DNA of 63,887 bases, counting the filler, from Atractiella rhizophila (taxonomy: Eukaryota): the NCBI GenBank assembly GCA_021432655.1. It is 15 parts of 15 records of this genome, joined end to end, with 100 filler letters (N's around TTAATTAATTAA, not from the genome) between each part and the next. Parts side by side here need not be neighbours in the genome. Positions count along the whole stretch, not along the records: positions 1 to 4,630 come from MU272437.1; positions 4,731 to 9,322 come from MU272438.1; positions 9,423 to 14,010 come from MU272439.1; 12 more parts are not named here. One strand, 5' to 3'. This document shows positions 1 through 12,474 of this stretch, one piece after another. Within the stretch, counting starts at the first letter, position 1, and each line of letters starts with the position of its first letter. A program made the position numbers and the translations under genes. The notes under the pieces were generated by a model, which saw only the letters and a program-made list of their open reading frames with translations, was not told the origin of the DNA and searched no databases.

Positions 1-1564
1 GGATTGGGATGAGTGATAAGGTGAAGATACCAGGCATGGCCTGTCAGAGAAGCTGTGTGCTGAGGGATTTTGAGGGAATGAAGCTCGTAAAATTGAACAG
101 TAGGGGCAACAAGGAGCAGGATGATTTGGCATGACTGAAGTCACAGAGCTTGTTTTCGACGATGACGAAGGGCAGCGGAGGGAGGGTTGGCGCGAGGCAT
201 TGATTGTTGTTTTGTTATTCAGAAAAGACGCGTCGCGCCTGCGGCCATCAGCAGCACTCGGACTCAGGTCCATGGATGCTCATGGTCAAGTGCTTTGATC
301 CAATTCATTTGATGTTTGGCAACGAATGATTTTGAAAATCTCAAATCACAAAATTGCTTGAATTGGATTCCCAATTCAGGCAATTCACGGAATTCGAATT
401 CACGCTGATTTGGCACCCAAACGGGCTCTTATCCAATTGCGATCTCAAATGAGAATAAGAGTGACGATGATCGCGGTCTTAAGTGTAACATCCCTCTATG
501 AGGAGAGGAGCTAGCTCCTGCAGTATAATGGGAGAAGGATTGAGAACCATGCCGACTGCGAATGGGATGGAGCACTCGCGAGTTGATTTTATTAGAAACG
601 GAGCAGAGGCGTTGATAGCCATTCGAGATGAAGGGGGAACAACCGCTGATGATAACCGCCGATGGATAATGGGAGAGAGACTACGTCTGTTGTATCTTGT
701 CGCCATTAGTGCAAATGCCGCCACACCATTCAGTGCAGTGTAGAGAGCATCATGAATGATGTCGACTGTTTGAGTTCGATGATGCGTGAAGCCTTTGAGG
801 AATTGATTGCCGCTTTTTGAGCAAGGATTGAATCCACCAGCATGGGAGGTGACGGTCTTCTGAAAAGATTAGGTATGACAGTCTCCCGTGTTTGCACTGT
901 ACATATCGCTCTGTTCTACAAAACAGCTTGCATCTATCCTCGTCGATCACCATCAGCGTCTCTTCCAGACATCTTGCAAACAAACGTCAACAATGAAGCA
1001 CCCCTCTCACTCAATCCAACGCTCAGTCATAGGGAGCGACCGCCTCCCTTCACTTCTCCTCCCCTGCCCACCCTACCTCTAACCCCAGGGCCTCTCAGAC
1101 CCATCGACTCTCTGAACTTCCTAACACCCTAAGCCCTCTCTCTCCTTCCTCGCGTGCACATTACTCCACAATCGCACCCGCTCCCTAACTCTGGTATTCC
1201 AGCCTGTAAGCGCCATTTTGCAACGTCAACGCAACAAAACACAGTAAGCGTGCCCACCGACCTCTCTCTTTATCTTCTACCATTCCTCCAGATCACAGAT
1301 ATCAGGGTCGCCCCGGGATTCAAAAGGGTTTTGAACTCTCACTCTTAGCTGGCCATGGGAAAGGTTGAACTCTGAACACGGTCGAAGGAAGGAAATCCGA
1401 CGCGGTCTCTGTGGACGATTGAGAAGTGAGCCATTTTTGTTGCGACTGACCTGTTTCATTGATCGGCTTGGCTGCAAATGTTCGCAGATCCGACACTCTC
1501 AGACTCCTATCCCCGCGTTGCATCAACTATAAGAGGTCTTCTTCGACCATCTCAACCTCAAGAG

Positions 1565-4515
1565 ATGTCAGCCACTCCGACATCGAGTGCCACAGCGAGC
1601 GCAAAACCCAAAGCTCCAGCGCAGGTATGTATTCTTCCTGTGCTTTGCCCATTGTTAATGGCCTCTCACAGTCAATCTTGGACGATCATCATGACCCGAC
1701 ACAAGTCAATGCAAACGACCCCATCGTACTATTCATCATTCAAGTCACGTTCATCGTCGTATTATGCAGGCTCTTGGCTATCCCGTTGAGGAAGATAAGG
1801 CAGCCCATGGTCATTAGTGAGGTTATTGGAGGAATATTGCTTGGGCCAAGCGTGTTTGGACAAATTGGTGCGTTCCTCTTATGTCTTTATTGAAAGGGGA
1901 AGAGAGCAAGCAGTTTGTGGTACTGACTAGCTGCAATGATCGAACGGAACAGATGGATTCACACAACACATCTTCCCCAAAGCTTCCCTGACCTACCTCA
2001 ACCTGGTGTCCACCATTGGTCTCGTCCTCTTCCTCTTCCTCGTCGGACTCGAGGTAGATTTCAAAGTGTTCAGGAGCAATGCTCGGTTGGTTCCTCTTTC
2101 GTGATTCTCGAAGTTGCATTTAAAGAGAATCACCAGTGCCTCTCTCGCCATATCGGTGGTTGGAATGGTTATTCCCTTTGGTCTCGGCGCTCTCGTCTCC
2201 ATCGGAATATACCACAACTTTGTCGACGACAGCCAGGTCGATTTCGGCACCTTCCTTCTTTTTCGTCGGTGTCGCAATGGCAATCNNNNNNNNNNNNNNN
2301 NNNNNNNNNNNNNNNNNNNNNNNNNNNNNNNNNNNNNNNNNNNNNNNNNNNNNNNNNNNNNNNNNNNNNNNNNNNNNNNNNNNNNNNNNNNNNNNNNNNN
2401 NNNNNNNNNNNNNNNNNNNNNNNNNNNNNNNNNNNNNNNNNNNNNNNNNNNNNNNNNNNNNNNNNNNNNNNNNNNNNNNNNNNNNNNNNNNNNNNNNNNN
2501 NNNNNNNNNNNNNNNNNNNNNNNNNNNNNNNNNNNNNNNNNNNNNNNNNNNNNNNNNNNNNNNNNNNNNNNNNNNNNNNNNNNNNNNNNNNNNNNNNNNN
2601 NNNNNNNNNNNNNNNNNNNNNNNNNNNNNNNNNNNNNNNNNNNNNNNNNNNNNNNNNNNNNNNNNNNNNNNNNNNNNNNNNNNNNNNNNNNNNNNNNNNN
2701 NNNNNNNNNNNNNNNNNNNNNNNNNNNNNNNNNNNNNNNNNNNNNNNNNNNNNNNNNNNNNNNNNNNNNNNNNNNNNNNNNNNNNNNNNNNNNNNNNNNN
2801 NNNNNNNNNNNNNNNNNNNNNNNNNNNNNNNNNNNNNNNNNNNNNNNNNNNNNNNNNNNNNNNNNNNNNNNNNNNNNNNNNNNNNNNNNNNNNNNNNNNN
2901 NNNNNNNNNNNNNNNNNNNNNNNNNNNNNNNNNNNNNNNNNNNNNNNNNNNNNNNNNNNNNNNNNNNNNNNNNNNNNNNNNNNNNNNNNNNNNNNNNNNN
3001 NNNNNNNNNNNNNNNNNNNNNNNNNNNNNNNNNNNNNNNNNNNNNNNNNNNNNNNNNNNNNNNNNNNNNNNNNNNNNNNNNNNNNNNNNNNNNNNNNNNN
3101 NNNNNNNNNNNNNNNNNNNNNNNNNNNNNNNNNNNNNNNNNGGTCAAGTCGAGACACGCAATCTTGGTTCTGCGAGCGATAGTGATAGGAAGAGCATCGA
3201 AGAGCAGGATCGCAAGTCATCAGATTTCGTTCCTACGACGCCGTTAACTTTGGAAGTTCCGACCAAGGTAGACGCTTTAAGACTCGTCGAGCTCACTCAG
3301 AGGTCGAGTGCTGTATTTAAGGCTTCCGAGACCGATCCACGCCCTGATCCTCTCGATGGAATCTTTAACACCTTCGTCAATCTGTCAGGTCTAAGCGGAA
3401 CTACCTCTTCTGCTCTCGTCGACAGCGGCGAGTTTAGTACGGCTGTCAGCTCGACTGTCAATGAGAGAAGGAGCGAATTGGTTATTCTTCCCTGGGCGAC
3501 TAAGTTTGAGGAAAAGGAGAAGGCAGATCGATTCCCGGTGTACAATCCTTTCGGGGGCATCTGGAGGACGGACAGTGTCGCGGAGGACGATGGAGCAAGC
3601 TACTATTCGAGTTTTGTCAGGAACGTATTCAGAGATTCAGAGGTCGATGTCGCCGTTTTACTTGACCGAACCTTCTCGAGCAAGAATGGCAGTGGAGCAA
3701 AACTCTTCCTACCATTCTTTGGAGGACCTGACGATCGAGCAGCTTTGGAATTGTTGGTGCAGCTCTGTCGGAAGAAAGGTGTTTACGGAGCGGTAGTGAG
3801 GATTGAAAGGAGGGAGGGTCTCGAAGAGGACGAGCTCGAGAAGAAGCTCAGTGCGACCTCTGATTCTACGGAAGGCGGGTCACATCTCAAGCCTGGGCCT
3901 GCTGCTCTGGAATTTATGAAGAAGGTTAGCGCTGGGGCGACTGGAACCGTTGGACACGGCGCAACGGTGATGCCTGATACTGTTTATGGGCACCAAGACA
4001 CGGCTACCAAGATGATCTCAGATTCAGCAGACAGCATCCTCCTCAACCGCTACTTCCCAACTTCCAATAGCGAAGAAGTTGCACACTCCGCCTCTGTCCA
4101 AGCTGCACTCTCCCGCATCTCCTACGAAGTTGTACGCACCTCTGCTCCACTCCGCATCGCCCTCCAGAGGATTGAACATGCTTGCACTGCCGAGGGAACG
4201 AAAGGAAGCGCGACACTTGTGCTTACTGGTCGGGGGAGAAGGAGCGCGGAGTCCCATGCTGCAGAAGAGAGCATGTTCTTGAAGGAGTACGTCGCTACCA
4301 GGGGACATGGCGCTCTCGGTATCTGCAGCAGTTCAGATGTGAGGAGGACCTTGGGAGCTGTAGGCACCGGAGCTACGGTGAAGGGTCTTGGAGATGGGGT
4401 GTTGGTATGTCCTTCCCAAGTAGCCATAGAGCCACAGAAAATGCTGATAATGATGCGTTAATAGGTCGTGCAAGCCGCGCTGACTAGCCCAGAAGCAGCG
4501 AAAAGGAACGTATAA
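1565..4515 (+). CDS. KHA1: K+/H+ antiporter, CPA2 family (spliced; 856-N gap at 2286-3141)
   Basis: ATG 1565, intron 1625-1671, then DPIVLFIIQ...IRQPMVISEVIGGILLGPSVFG and LFLFLVGLEVD-type TM motifs. C-terminal LPFFGGPDDRAALEL. Last exon 4465-4515 ends in TAA. Confidence 0.9.
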
Positions 4516-4630
4516 CGTCTAATTATTTAACGACAAGAGTTTGTTTTGTTTTGGGTCTTAAAACTTTCTTGTACTTTTGTTACTTGCCTTGTCAGCACAC
4601 CGACAGGACAAGCGCTTAGATTGGCCGTGC

Positions 4631-4730
4631 NNNNNNNNNNNNNNNNNNNNNNNNNNNNNNNNNNNNNNNNNNNNTTAATTAATTAANNNNNNNNNNNNNN
4701 NNNNNNNNNNNNNNNNNNNNNNNNNNNNNN
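4631..4730. other. Artificial contig spacer, first of 14
   Basis: 44 N + TTAATTAATTAA (stops in all six frames) + 44 N. The same spacer starts at 9323, 14011, 18687, 23344, 27979, 32613, 37243, 41864, 44120, 48738, 53354, 57969 and 62580. Confidence 0.98.
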
Positions 4731-4750
4731 CCTCTGCACCTGTTTCATAG

Positions 4751-6240
4751 GTTGCTGGCACCATATTGAGCATTTCCAAGTGTTTGATGACATCACCGTA
4801 ACAGGTATAGGACCGTTCTCCTCTGCTGAGTCGCGCTATGGAATGCCCTTGATCCCATCTCTCCCATTCGAGAAAAGGGTGTAAGCCGATAAGTTATCCT
4901 TCGCACCTTCTGGTGTTGCGTCATGTCCCAGCTCCTCTTTCTTAATTATCACATCGCGATTGTGGTTTCCGCAGTTGCTCTGAGCCTAAGCAGGATTGAA
5001 ATCATGTTCCATGAAGACCACTCCTTCGCCTACTCTCATTCATTTGAGATCTTTCATTTCAAGTTGTTTTCAAGATACAGTCTTCGAGCTCACTTCCAGG
5101 TGTGCACACGACTATTCAGAAGCTTGTTAAGAATTAATAAATTTTGTACGTTTGTGGAACCGAATAACACTCTATGATGATATTACAGGGGGGATTGGTG
5201 ATGTCATCACGGCAATGAGGATGCAGTCGCAGTCGACGTATCACGGGATAAGATGACTCAAAACGAAGGGATTGGTATTTCAGCTAACAAGCACCACTGC
5301 TTGCAAGATGCCATCCCCGTGCTTTACAAGTGATTGATCGCAACTCGTTCGCGGTTGTAATTTTAGGTGAGTTGGCTCTTCGAAGGTGAGCTGAGGAACA
5401 AAGAACCTTGAAATAAAGAACTTTGGAACAAAGGATATCGAGAGCAGACAGAATAAGATCACAAAGAATTTAAATACAAAGGAATCGTGTGACTAAATAA
5501 CGGAACATCCGAATCGTTGCTCAAAACATACAAGTTACAAGCTCCTTGTTGCTTAGAGGGATCTAGGAAGTCTAAATAGTCGAGCATCTCAATTCATTAT
5601 CTGGATAAAGGCAACAAGTTACAAGCGTCTTGTTGACAAAGGGATCTGGGTTGTTTAGCTCCGTTGCGCTGGCATGAGTCTTGACTGGCATTATTTGCAG
5701 CTTAATGCTGCGTACAAGGCTCCCTCTCTCAGAGAGCATAAAAGCCTTGGTGGGTTCCTTCCAAAGACAGTTCATCAGTGAAAAAAAGAGTCCGAGCTGG
5801 CAGGGATCTGCACTACGAATTTCTCAAAGAGTGAACTTCGAAGCATTGAAATGCCTTGGGTCAACTTACATCCACTTTACTCGAGCAGGATTACCAAATC
5901 TAAACGATGGTCCGTTGACTCTGCATCCTGAACACTGAGTCTTATTATTGTACCTTGACAGGATTGCGCGCAAAGCAGTGGTCATGATGGATAATGGCGC
6001 TATCCACGATCCAAATTTACACCCTCACTACGAAGCCAGTGATGCTCCACTGTATCCCTGGACATCTTCCACATTTCCACGGCCAAAGGGCAGCGTTTAT
6101 GACGAACAGCTCCAGGTTTGGGTTAAGGCAAAGTTTGACACTCAGCAAGACGCAGACGAGGCAGAAGGAAACCAGTATGGCTTTCGGGACGGCGTGGAAC
6201 CCATTTACGGCCCGGAAAGGCCACGGAGTAATTTGCATCG
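4751..6240 (+). pseudogene. Degenerate multi-exon gene of unknown function (copy A)
   Basis: Exon-like blocks conserved in frame with copy B (GCWHHIEHF; RIEIMFHEDHSF; IARKAVV...YGPERPRSNLH) and flanked by GT/AG. There is an in-frame TGA near 5200 and -1/+1 shifts with a TGA at ~5745-5790. Confidence 0.5.
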
Positions 6241-6515
6241 TGAGTACTCTTTCCAGTGGAGCTCTTCCATGATGTAAATGACAATGGCCTTCAAGCACGA
6301 AGGATAATCCAACGAAATATCCGAGCGTTCCCTGGTTTGGGGAGATGGGGTTAAGGAATATATTACACATTTTGAATAGCGTTGGGTTGTTGCATGATCT
6401 AATATGTTGCCTAAGAACCTGTAAAATGATATCAGTGCCATTAATAGCTTTGGATACCAACCGACGAAACGCAGTCATTAACTATTGTCAAAGGTAAACG
6501 CTTGTTAGAAAGAGT

Positions 6516-7059
6516 CAGTGTTGTGATAAAGGGTAAAGGCGTTAAGTTTTTGAGGTTTAATAAGAGTTAAGGTAAGGGCTTTGAATCACTCAAGATTTCG
6601 TGCCAACCCTTTGTAAACCTAAAATCTAGGTCGCAAGCAGAGAAGAATCTTAAAACGCAGTCAGACAATCAGGTTCGGCCCACCCAAGTACCCTGAGTTC
6701 CCCAAGGTGCTCTGCAGGAACATCATCTGGCCGCCAAGAGCAAAGTCGGAACCGAAAGGCTAAAGCTAAAGGCAGCTTTGTTTTGAAGATAAACCTTACA
6801 AGTGCACAGAATCTTTCAGACTGTGGTTTTTGGAGGCGGGACAGGCAGGACTTGAATACACAGACTGAAGTGGCTGCCCGACAAATATTGGGCACGTGAT
6901 ATTTTTGTGGGAAAAAAATGACTGCTCTGAAATGGTCTGAAATGTACAAAAACCTAGTCAAAATTGCTGTGGGTTAACATTATAATGTTCAAACTGTTAT
7001 TAGGGGTCATTAATATTAAATGAAGGTGAGTCGTTTTAACGCCTCATTGCACAACACTG
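6516..7059. mobile_element. Non-autonomous hAT-like element (MITE, 544 bp)
   Basis: TIRs CAGTGTTGTG (6516) and CACAACACTG (7050-7059), each with an inner AGGCGTTAA motif. Flanks GAAAGAGT/GAAAGGGC match 6/8 as a TSD. Absent from copy B, which has a single GAAAGAAT at 59802. Confidence 0.8.
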
Positions 7060-7595
7060 GAAAGGGCTGCATTATTACAACAGGTCACCCGGTCATATTC
7101 ATATTGTGAGGTGCTGTGTGTACTAGATCAGAATATCGAGAAATATGGCCGCCGCAGTGCTAAACTGTCCATAAAAAGATGGTGGTGAGCATCTGAGTCA
7201 TTGGCGCATTCTCCATGATGCGGTGGAATAGCCAATAGCGAAACAGCAGTATGCCCTGAGTATGCAGACTGTGCCAGAGTACCATTTTGGTTAAGTTTGC
7301 TCACCATTTGCTTGCCAGATGGTTCATAAATGACACGAAGAGGGTGAATGGCGGAAACCCTGCTATCAACTATGTTCACCAACTCTTCAAGACAGAAAAG
7401 AGCTCGGGGGTCTTTATTAAAGGATGTTGCTTGCAATGTAAGTTCCCCAAGTACGTATAGTTTTATTGATTTAGCAACAGGAAAAATGCGAACTGGAGGA
7501 AAAGACTGGGGTATTGCCAGGGACTGGGCAGATGAAAGGTACTTTAGGCTACGCCTTTTTTTGGATACTTGCTTATGATTCTCTAAGCCGAAAGC

Positions 7596-8048
7596 ATGAC
7601 TTGGGAGCGACGTGACGGCGTGCCTATTCTAGGATCGCGAAGAGTGCGCCAAATTCTTCTGGCTGCCGTCTTTCCAGAATTTTACACCACTCACGAGGTA
7701 GACGCCTTGCACAGTCTGTTGGACGAAGAATGGACCGCGAAATGCCGCTTTTTTGGACATGCAAACCCTGTTCCTGACGAAAATCGGCTCAAATGGGGAT
7801 GTAGAGCGGGTTACTTTGAGTCAATTCGTTGGGCCGGTTCTCCTTCAGATGATCCATTTGGTCTGTCCCCGTGGTGGGCTAGCAGCATCATTTCTGGATT
7901 ATTAAATGAGACACCTCGAGAATTCAATAAGCATGCTAGCGTTTATGTGCAAATCAAGGTGGCGATTAATGGTATGATTGGGGCGGAAAAATCACGGACT
8001 ATTTTAATAAAGGGACATAATATATTCTCTGACGTTTCTGCAAATTGA
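7596..8048 (+). CDS. Exon of an unknown protein, open in both copies (B: ~60378-60791)
   Basis: ~130 aa align without indels between copies (DGVPILGSRRVR...WAGSPSDDPFGLSPWW), mostly with conservative changes. Confidence 0.45.
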   Translation: MTWERRDGVPILGSRRVRQILLAAVFPEFYTTHEVDALHSLLDEEWTAKCRFFGHANPVPDENRLKWGCRAGYFESIRWAGSPSDDPFGLSPWWASSIISGLLNETPREFNKHASVYVQIKVAINGMIGAEKSRTILIKGHNIFSDVSAN

Positions 8049-9422
8049 TAACATGGTATTGATCTGATTTCTCAAGTCAGAGCTGGTGAGAGCACGAAGC
8101 ATGATTCGACTAGGTCTTCACGTTGTGGTATGCACTTGATATAGACCTGGGATTAATGTAACTTCCAGAGTCACATCATATATCGTTGAGCAATGATGTT
8201 GATTGAGGGTTCTTTACCTTTCGGCATTCGAATTGGGATGTATCATATATCCCTTACTAGAGACTCTTCAACCTCACCGAGAAACCAACCTTGACGCGAA
8301 AATAGGTTCCTCGGTTCCTCTTCCAGACATTGCCATGGCGTGGATGAAGAGATATGAATAGGCGACTGTGGCCCCAATGCCCACAACCTTTGGCTTTACT
8401 GCACCACTTTGTAAAAGTTGGACAAAGTCTGCCCGTTATTGAACATAGAGCTCACTTCGAAAACAGCATGGGATGGACAAAGAAAGCAGGCGCCGTGCCC
8501 TTGAAAACAGAGGAATATGGCTGCGTTCTTTGTTCAGCAGAAACTCGAGTTGTCCTCGAGACAGTCATTGCTTTGTCCTCGTCATGTCCCTGCACCTTCC
8601 CATTTCGTCGTAAAACATTGCACCGAACTTGCAGCTTTCTTTATGGCGGTATTTCTCTCCGTCTGATGATTATAGAGGATAATGCACATATCCGGTTTGC
8701 ATTGACCCTCAGGAAGAAGTTGAAATCTGTCGACCTCCTTACTGGGAAACGAGCACCTCCAACCATACTTTCTCTTCATGTCATCGGAAGCCAGCTGATA
8801 GGCTGACCACGTTCGCTGTGGGAGTGTCACACCTGAGGGAAGAAGCGCTGGGATCAGGTTTCTGCGGTGTGTCTCGTACTGAGGGGTCGGCGACATTGGA
8901 ACTCTAGGGAGACTAGGAGCGTTGTTGGTCATAGTCGCATCCAAATATTCATTCACAACCTCAAAAACTAGAACAAAAAAACAAGTTCGCATCTCGCGAA
9001 CCTGCTAGTAATGTATATGTACTCTTTGTCTTCCACCAATGGGCAGTCATAATACACCCGCAGTGATGCCTTAGCCTGTCTAAGATTGTGGCGTAGTGCC
9101 AATAGACAAAATAAGCCATGCCAAATCATACAATTGCAATCATACACAGTAACCATTTCTTTCCTCTCTGGTTCAGACGAAAAGGCGCGAGCCTGCATTG
9201 GCCATGACTCTAACTGGAAGCCCCTCTGCTGATGATGACCCTGGATTAGTAATCCTTCAACGTGATGTTGATTTTCCGTTGATGAAAATCACGGCAATCC
9301 TCTTATCCCCTCTTGCCCTCCCNNNNNNNNNNNNNNNNNNNNNNNNNNNNNNNNNNNNNNNNNNNNTTAATTAATTAANNNNNNNNNNNNNNNNNNNNNN
9401 NNNNNNNNNNNNNNNNNNNNNN

Positions 9423-10240
9423 ATGTCAAGGACCTTCTGGAACGCCAACAGATGGACGATTGCAACCCTGTCCTTACTCCTCTCAATGTTGGACACGGTC
9501 TCAGCAAGCAGGACTGCCCCCAGACAAAGGAAGAACAGGAAGAAATGCGCACAATCCCTTACAGCAATGTAGTGGGCTCTATGATGTACTTGGCCATCTC
9601 CACTCGTCCAGATATCGCTCACACAGTCTCTGTACTTAGAAAGTACCTCTCTAATCCAGGAAAGAAGCACTGGGAAGCAGCGAAACATCTTCTACAATAC
9701 CTCAAAGGCACTCAGAACTTGGGAATCGAGTATTCTGCAGCTGGTTTCGACCTCAAGCAACCTTTTCACGCCTTCTGCGATGCAGATTTTGCTGGGTGCA
9801 AGGATACTGGACATTCTACTGGAGGCTATCTCCTCAAGATAGGCAATGGGGGAGTCAGTTGGAGCAGCAAACTACAATCCTCATTGCCCTTTCTACTATC
9901 AAAGCAGAATATGTCTCAGGAGTCTCAACAGGTCAAGAAGTCGTCTGGCTAAGGAATCTTTTAGAAGAAATTGGCTTCGCTCCTCAAGGTCCGACAGCCC
10001 ACTTCACAGATAGCAGCAGCGCTCTACAGGTATCCAAGAACCCTGAGAACCATGGTCAAATGAAACACCTGGACCTTCGCTTTTATTGGCTCAGAGATGT
10101 TGTTGAGATGGGCAAGATCAGTCCAGTCTTCTGTCCAGGTGTCAAGATGCCAGCAGACCTCCCCACCAAGGCAGTTCCAGTTGCCGGCGTGGACAAGTTT
10201 TGAGCTATGATGGGTTTGCGCCCCTACCCCAGTGTTTGAG
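9423..10240 (+). mobile_element. Ty1/copia pol 3' fragment (RT end + RNase H), degenerate
   Basis: Motifs PYSNVVGSMMYLAISTRPDI, FCDADFAG, STGGY, ALST..AEY, TDS, KHLDLRFYWLRD, MPADL. Frameshift at ~9880 and TGA at 10201. Confidence 0.93.
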
Positions 10241-10442
10241 GCAGTTATGTGGCGCAATAAAAATCCTTTCCTCCTCTGTGAGGTTATAAGACGCCGCTTT
10301 AAGCGGTATGGGGGCTTTCCCTCTTCTTTTCACTGCAAAACTAATATGCTTTCTGCTTTATATCGAGTATACATTGTACGAATTCGGTGGGAGATTCTCT
10401 GGATGTGGTGGGAGTGTCAAGAGACAGCTACCCAGGTGGGAG

Positions 10443-10632
10443 TGTTAGTTGTAGTGTGTTGTGTTGGTCATCTGCCTCTGATGACTCTTATGAGTCATCA
10501 CTTTGTAGTTTAGTTCTGCCTAGGAGTGTTGGTGCTCATTATTGACCACCAACTGCTCCTAGGTATATCTCTCTATACTTCATCAATGCCTTATTATTGA
10601 CCACCAACTACTCCTAGCCTTAGATCCTTACA
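10443..10632 (+). repeat. Probable 3' LTR of the copia element (~190 bp)
   Basis: Begins TGTTAG directly after the purine-rich GGTGGGAG (PPT-like) and ends CCTTACA. Confidence 0.65.
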
Positions 10633-11639
10633 TTCTTATCCTGATAATCTGCAAATGACATGCCTGTTGCTGAAGTAAAGGTGTGTGATGCTCGAGTTTG
10701 GGAGACATTTGTGGGCAGAGGAAATGGCAGTGGTTGTGCTTCTACATCAATATTTGTGGAAGATGGGGACTGGTTTGGTTTTTGTAAAGTTCCAAATAGA
10801 AGGTAGCAGAGGTGGCTTGATATCTGGCTCCAAAAGCTCTCAATTTAGATGAGGGCTTTTGGAGGAGATAGTGAGCATAGCAGTGGCATCATCCTCACTA
10901 TCCAATTGGGTTGCCATGTGCTTTTCTGGCAAGCAAGATGAACTGATGGCAGAACATTGTAAATGAGTGTTCTCGGGTTTCTATAACAACTCAATACCAA
11001 TATATTCTTATGTTGAGCAGACTGGGTAAGAGAAGACCTACAGCTTTCAGAAACACCTCCATTTCAACGCAGACTCCACAGGAAGCTCACCATTCATAAT
11101 AACTGTTCCATTCATGACTGCCATATCAATTACTTCGGGGTGTTCGATATCATCTGGTTTGAGAGTTTGGAGGAGCTCCTTTTGCTTTGCATTATAGCAA
11201 TCTAGATCAACTCCTCTAAATCTAAACTTGTGGAATATCAATAAATGTACTACTCCCTGTAGCAAGTACAGAAAACACTGCTTTTCATGCTTAACCAATC
11301 CAAACTCATCCTTCGAACAGAGGTCCAGCAGTTTAGGCTGGCTTGAAGAGTATAAGATTTCTTCCAGGTGAAGATTCTGATTCACAAGAAAGATGTGGTG
11401 GGTACCAGCCTCAATAGCCTTCTTCCGAAATGCTGGTGATGGTGAGTCAGCTGGCTGAGAGCGGGTCTTAACTTTGTCAAGGAGGTTTCTGTGTAAGAAG
11501 GTATCGGGAAGTACACTTAGAACAGTTGTAAGAGAAGAAGCTGATCCACGAAATGGCTCGCCAGCTGCATTATCTCAGTTTTCATTTTTATTTGATGGTG
11601 TAAACAGCAGTTGCTAATGCTTTGGAATAAGTCATCCTA

Positions 11640-12474
11640 ACGAACGGCCTGATTGTTTGTCAGGATAGAGGGCCCAGGTAAACCAAAATACATACTGGTA
11701 AGGTTCATGTTGCTTTCTGGGTTGCGCTCACACTCTATCCAGTGTTCATAGATTGTCTTGATGAGGTCAGATGATGGAGAGGGATTAATCACATCAGCTT
11801 TGATGGTTGGATCGGCAACTATGGATAAAAGAGCTCGGAACTGCTTCAGGATTGGTTTGAAAGCGCCCGAAGGCCATCTGTGACGAGTCTGTTCTTCAAT
11901 ATGGCTGGTTATGCCCCTGTTGTTGCAGGGAACTATGTAACTGAGTCCCCAAGAGCAAGGGTGGTGTAGGGGGTATCATCTTTTTCCCATGAATAATTTT
12001 GCTGATGTCGTCGTGCCAATGTAGCTTTGTGACTGGAACCAATACCCATGAAATGTTTGTTGCCGCGGTCCAGCTCTCACTCAATGTCACTACTGCCAAA
12101 GCAGAAGAGATTGTTGCAGCTTATGAGAATGATGCAAGTCTGCAAGGTGCTAGCTACACGACAATGGTAAGGTCCACCGCACAATGCAACAGAGGTCAGA
12201 ACTGACGATCTGTGGCTGTATGACAAAGCTTGGCTATTTCAGTGGTGACACTACCTTCCTGGCATCCACCCGTTTCCTTGCCTCCCACTTCGTTCAGACC
12301 CAGTCAGTCTTCTCATACCTCTTCAGCCAACCGCCGCCTGGACCATTTCATGACACCGCAGGAGGTATGCTTTTCTTCCTGACAATCTGCATGCAGTGTG
12401 AGGCTGAGGTGTCTTGTTCGATTGTAGCTTATCTAAGCGACCTTCACTGGCCTTTTGCAACTTGGCCCACAGAC
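11640..12474 (+). pseudogene. Type-B carboxylesterase C-terminal relic
   Basis: Fragments GTNTHE, GDTTFLASTRFLA...VFSYLF and AYLSDLHWPF resemble COesterase C-terminal motifs. Stops are present, and the relic ends where the hAT element begins. Confidence 0.45.

Larger units (their letters stand above)
4731..9322 (+). repeat. Copy A of a duplicated or allelic ~4.5-kb locus (partner 58069-62250)
   Basis: Starts with the same CCTCTGCACCTGTTTCATAGG as 58069 and is colinear with it. It ends on GAAAATCACGGCAATCCTCTT...CTTGCCCTCC, matching ~62215-62250. Confidence 0.93.

Noticed and set aside
1936..3247. Long poly-X ORFs in the track
   Set aside because: Artefacts of reading through the 856-N gap in KHA1.
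4675..4686. Regularly spaced TTAATTAATTAA palindromes as a biological repeat or array
   Set aside because: Always centred in N runs with identical geometry, so a synthetic six-frame-stop linker.
4731..9322. Mating-type locus as the cause of the diverged copies
   Set aside because: No homeodomain, pheromone CAAX or STE3 receptor motifs seen.
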